Positions 59,505 through 64,000 of a stretch of 64,000 bases of DNA are shown one piece after another. Both the position numbers and the translations under genes were made by a program. Below the pieces are notes generated by a model. The model worked only from the letters and a program-made list of their open reading frames with translations. It ran no database searches and was not told the DNA's origin. The stretch comes from Iphione sp. A-MEVVRFRX5 (Eukaryota): positions 43,400,001 to 43,464,000 of the forward strand of contig OZ320317.1 in the NCBI GenBank assembly GCA_976226885.1, written 5' to 3'. How positions within the stretch are numbered: position 1 is the stretch's first letter; every line of letters starts with the position of its first letter.

Positions 59505-62500
59505 GATCCCAGATGACCCAGCGTGATGGTGTAAAACGACATGATGTTCCTCATTTTAATGCTGTAAGACACAAACAAAAAAGAATGTAAGGCGGCTGAA
59601 ATGACGATTTAAAATTAAAAACCTTTCTCTAGGTACGGGCAGCAGTGTTCCGTTTTCTTGTGGGATATTCACTTTTTAATTCTTTTGAAAGTTTTTCCCA
59701 GTGTCCCACTTTTCCCTGTCTCACAAACTTCTCTCTTTTCATCGCTAGGCACAGCTGTTGTGCCTTTCTGTTTCTCTTTCTCTCACTCTGCCTCCCTAAA
59801 ATATCAATCTACAATGTGCAACTCGCAGGCTGAGTCAGAGTGCACGGCCCACTATGGGGAATGGATTGAATCAAATATGGAAGAAAGAATGGTTCAGGAA
59901 GTCAGTCTATACGTGTTAGAATAGTATTGCATATTGGTCATACCCATGTGGACTAGCACTTACCGTACAGCTTCCTCAATCTCCTGTCAACTCAATTTCC
60001 TGAAATCGAGACATGTAGTTTGTTGTACTTACTGCAGTAGATTTTATTTATTATTGACCCAAGCAATAGTGTAATACTTTGGCCAAGCATTTCGCTCCCA
60101 GAACCCCTTAATTGTGGGCGTCATGGCGGCTACTTGTAAGCCAGCTGAGTAAACTCTGGTCAAGCCTGGTAAGCCGTCAGGAGTCCCAAATCATATTGAC
60201 ACACAGCCAAGACACCTGACATCGAACGGAGGAGAGCACACATTGTATTCGTCTGTTGAATGTAAATATTAATGTGCATGGCACATGCTAAAAGGGTAGA
60301 ACACAGGTGAGAAGCAGAACTCTGGATTTGTCTGGGAGTCAAGCTGCTTCACGCACGTGACTTTCAAGTTGTCAGCTTGTCGGCGAACTGTGATTTCGGT
60401 GTTTCTTTTCAGTGTTATATATTTCAGATCATCGTCTTACTTAAGACAAACGAGGAATAACCAGCAGTTATTGCTAATGCTGTCTTGAAAGTGAAAGCAA
60501 ATGCTTCAAATGCAATTATTGTTGCGATATTTCAAACTACAGCAGGTTCTCGAGGTACATAAGAAAGATCAGAACTTAGTCTTGGGAGGCCCCAGCGTTT
60601 GTTCAAAGAACCGAAATGTTCAAAATCATTAGGAAGTATCGGTAGATAAAGTTGATGGTTTATAGAAGAAAAATCTATCGGGGACTTTTAAACGTAGACT
60701 AACTCGAGCTCACGGTTTCCATGTCCAATGTTGGAGGCTCAGATAAATAGGTACTGTGGCTTTCTACCTTCATACTCGCTCAGAAAGGCTTACGTTTTAG
60801 AGTCTGGGTCATAAATTCCAGAGTCACCCAGGGAGTCTGATATTGAGCTTCTCCAGGTCACAGCTGAAGTTCACATCTGGGAAGGTTCAGATGTAGATGT
60901 TCGCAGTCCTCCTACTTGGATTGAAGGAGGCTGTGGCACAAAGCGCATATATTCACTAGGGAACTGTATGTTGCTTCATAAATTTTAAGTCAGGTTTCAT
61001 CAAACCTCAGGTTCAAATGTCGTTAGTGTGATTCAAACCTCGGGGACTCACCTTGTGGGGCCCACTTGTAGCATTCACCACCCATTCCACAGGACTCTTC
61101 ACAAACCAGGACCAAATGGGTCACTAGCTAAGACCAGGGTCCTGCGGGTTTGTCTGTGGTTATGGTAGGTAGGCTCACGTTTCGATCGGTGATGCACCAG
61201 TATCCACTTGTGCTGCCTCTGACTCCGTTACTTGCAGTCAGCTGTATAGTGAAGTGAGAGCTGAGGTTGTGCGTGTGCAGTGCTGGTAGTGAGTGGTCCT
61301 ACAGCCACTTGATTCCCGGGTGATTTGTTCTTGGTATAGAGTGGCGTGCTCACGAGCTGCCCAGTGACGTGTTTACAGGTCAGTCACTTAAACAGACGGT
61401 CCGGTAATGGGCAGATTAGTCCGGCAAACTGACCATCCTTACAGGAGATAGCAGCTATCTACTGGCTTGTAAACACGCAGAGCTCCTATCTCTGCATATC
61501 AGAGTATCTATTGACAGGTCTAGATAGTCATGTCACTCCCATGGATAGCCCCTCCCCCGCCCTCTCTCTCTCTCTCTCTCTTCCTCTGTCCGTCTGTCTA
61601 TCTCGGTGTCGATCTTCTTTTCTGTGGACTAGGAGGAGGTAGAGCATTTAAGGCTATGCCATGCACGGTATCACTTGGTCTCCGACAAACAATTGTGCCC
61701 ATTAGTTTAAGTTTCAGGACCTGTTTGCAAACACATCGACTGAAACACGAACATTTACTTGCAAAAGCGATATCAGGAAAAGTTAATCAGATTTATAAAG
61801 AAGCATCAAACTTGGTCATGGTATTCGTATTAGGGACAACTGAAGCCAGCGAAAAGGTGAACCAAGTATACCCAAGTAATGAGCCTGGCAGTAAGTAAAT
61901 CACTATGGTCGGTCGAGCACATGCACAGAGTAAAATTTAATCAGAGACGCGTAAGTAAAAACAGTATTTAAAAATGAGACCTGCATATCTAAATACATAC
62001 ACTGGCACATACTTGTATCTATAAGCTAATAAGGACTGATTTGGTCACATTAAAAGGTCCGTCACAAAAGAGTAGATTAGTCTGAATACTGTATCTAAGG
62101 TATTACCCCTCTTTTGAGTCAGAATATACTTTGTGAATTCACCTGTTCTGTTTTGTCAGGAAAGGTTTCAATTGAAGCATTGTATGCTATCATTACTCAG
62201 CGATGCCCAATATAACTGACCTTTAATTGGTTAGTTCATTTTGACACATACTATTCGCTCAGCCAGCGATCACCTCGGCAAGCCAGGCATCTCGCTATTC
62301 CAGCCAATATCCCCGGACTGGAGCTTAGTCATATTTATTTATGTGTTTATTTGTTTATGTGTGTGTTTGTTGTCCGTACATTACCCATCGGTTCCGTGTA
62401 GTACATTCTACATCTGTGTACGCTGTTAGTCTGGGTAGAGATTAGTTTGTAATACAAACTACCTGTTTTAATGACGCCGACAGGACCCGCTTTCTGTAAT

Positions 62501-62778
62501 GGTATACACGCTACATCATATGACGTCACATCTCCCCGGTGGCGAGACCGTCAGATACTCCAGTCTAGGAAAAGGGAAAATCTGTCCCCCAAAAATGAAA
62601 CACATTGCTTACGACCTGACTATGTTACAAGAAAGGAAAATGACTAAGAGTATACCAGGGTACGATTTGTATCATGAAGAGAAACATTGTTAAAACTCCC
62701 CAACTTAAAAAAGTTTGTATATACACTATTTTTTCTCTTTTTCTCTGTCATCATCATGCACAAGATTTTGATAAATCA

Positions 62779-62995
62779 AAACTATGTACTGATGTTTTAC
62801 ATCGCTGGTTGTATTCCTGAAAGGTTATTAAATAATAGAGATTTATTTTTTTAAACTATGTACTGATGTTTAACATCACTGGTTGTATTCCTGAAAGGTT
62901 ATTGAATAATAGAGATTTGTTTTTCTTTAACTATGTACTCATGTTTAACATCGCTGGTTGTATTCCTGAAACGTTATTGAATTATAGAGATTTTT
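62779..62995 (+). repeat. About 74 bp tandem repeat, 3 copies
   Basis: AACTATGTACTGATGTTT-ACATCGCTGGTTGTATTCCTGAAAGGTTATT-AAT-ATAGAGATTT at 62779, 62853 and about 62928. Confidence 0.92.
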
Positions 62996-63951
62996 CTTTT
63001 TTTTTTTTTACTTTTACGTTTTATTAATCTGCCATGGTTACGGCATCAGCTCCGCGGCTAATCAGATTTCAGGAGAACTGTTTATCCTGTACTTCCGCCA
63101 GTTGTTAGATCACAGGTGAATGATGTCCAGACTCAGCTGTCCATACCTATGTGGACTAACTGCACGATATCAACTTGCGTTCGATTGTACTAGAGTCTGA
63201 ATTGAGATCGACTGGTTGTGTGTAAGGATAACGCAGCCAACCAGTCGCCGCGCGCGCACGTGTGTGTTTGTGTATATATGTGCGGGTGTGTATCGTATGC
63301 ACGTCAGACTGGAGATAGAAGAGGAGTATGTGTTAGGTAATGTGTATATCATGGACCCATTAGACCACACTGTAGAGGAGTACATGAAAATGCGACATAA
63401 CCCGCGCATCTCATTAAAATAACACTACACACACAGAGATACACACGCAAACAGGCGCACGCGTGCACTTGCGTGTTACCACGGAGTAAACTCAGTGGGT
63501 TCAAGCTACTTACCTCTAGTGTAGCATCTCGTGAGGAAGGTGAAGGGATCCTGCCGTACAACCACCACTGTTTCGAGCGTCTCAAATACAAGTTTACTTG
63601 TATATCTCTGACTTTGTGTCTCGGTGTCTGACTTGGTGTCTGCATCTGTGTTGCGTTCTTTTTCTCTGTCGCAACCACGCAGCTTTGGCCCCTGCTCCCA
63701 TTAGGTTAGGTAATACACGCAGTGGACTGTCCTCAAAATACTGGGAGGCTTTGACACTTAATGACATACATGTATGTGTTAAAGACAACTACAATGGACT
63801 GATCAGAATAAGCCATCGTACTCATGTACGTATACATGTGTATACCGTAGAAACCCACGAGAAATCTTAAAGAAGAAAGTATGCAGATTTACATGTCTTA
63901 TTGTGCGAGGATTACGTCAACTATTTGTACACCTGCCGGTGTTTATTTGTC

Positions 63952-63953
<2 letters not shown>

Positions 63954-63996
<43 letters not shown>
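63954..63996 (+). repeat. (GT)n microsatellite
   Basis: Read directly from the sequence. Confidence 0.95.
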
Positions 63997-63999
<3 letters not shown>

Positions 64000-64000
64000 C

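Noticed and set aside
60720-61500. Exon-like or retroelement-like block between the GPCR and the window end
   Set aside because: No WDR12 motifs in any plus frame and no retroelement motif recognised; only isolated splice donors noted.

Overview
Repeat-rich metazoan genomic DNA, probably a marine invertebrate (inferred from intron structure, transposon families and receptor type), with three N gaps (20012-20228, 48792-48930, 57211-57341). Three protein-coding genes are well supported. SNRNP27 (minus strand, 7 coding exons, 25499-37596, 151 aa) and WDR12/YTM1 (plus strand, first 6 coding exons, 41286-53329, rest not seen) lie head-to-head. The third is a single-coding-exon FMRFamide-receptor-like class A GPCR (minus, 58203-59504) that appears to sit antisense inside WDR12 intron 6. 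The large introns hold stacked mobile elements. SNRNP27 intron 2 has a decayed DIRS-type tyrosine-recombinase retrotransposon with a Penelope-like GIY-YIG element inserted in its RT. WDR12 intron 1 has a Gypsy-derived gag-protease element with no recognisable RT/RNase H/integrase, carrying a C2H2 zinc-finger ORF and interrupted by a solo LTR. Also present: a CR1/L2-type LINE, tRNA-derived SINE heads, many MITEs (Harbinger-, Tc1/mariner-, hAT- and Sola-like) and two copies of a Helentron/HINE-like element, one giving an empty-site control for a nested MITE. The first 25 kb holds only low-confidence orphan exon chains. I found no rRNA, CRISPR array or intact tRNA, and no clearly new biological system; the best leads are ranked in the findings.
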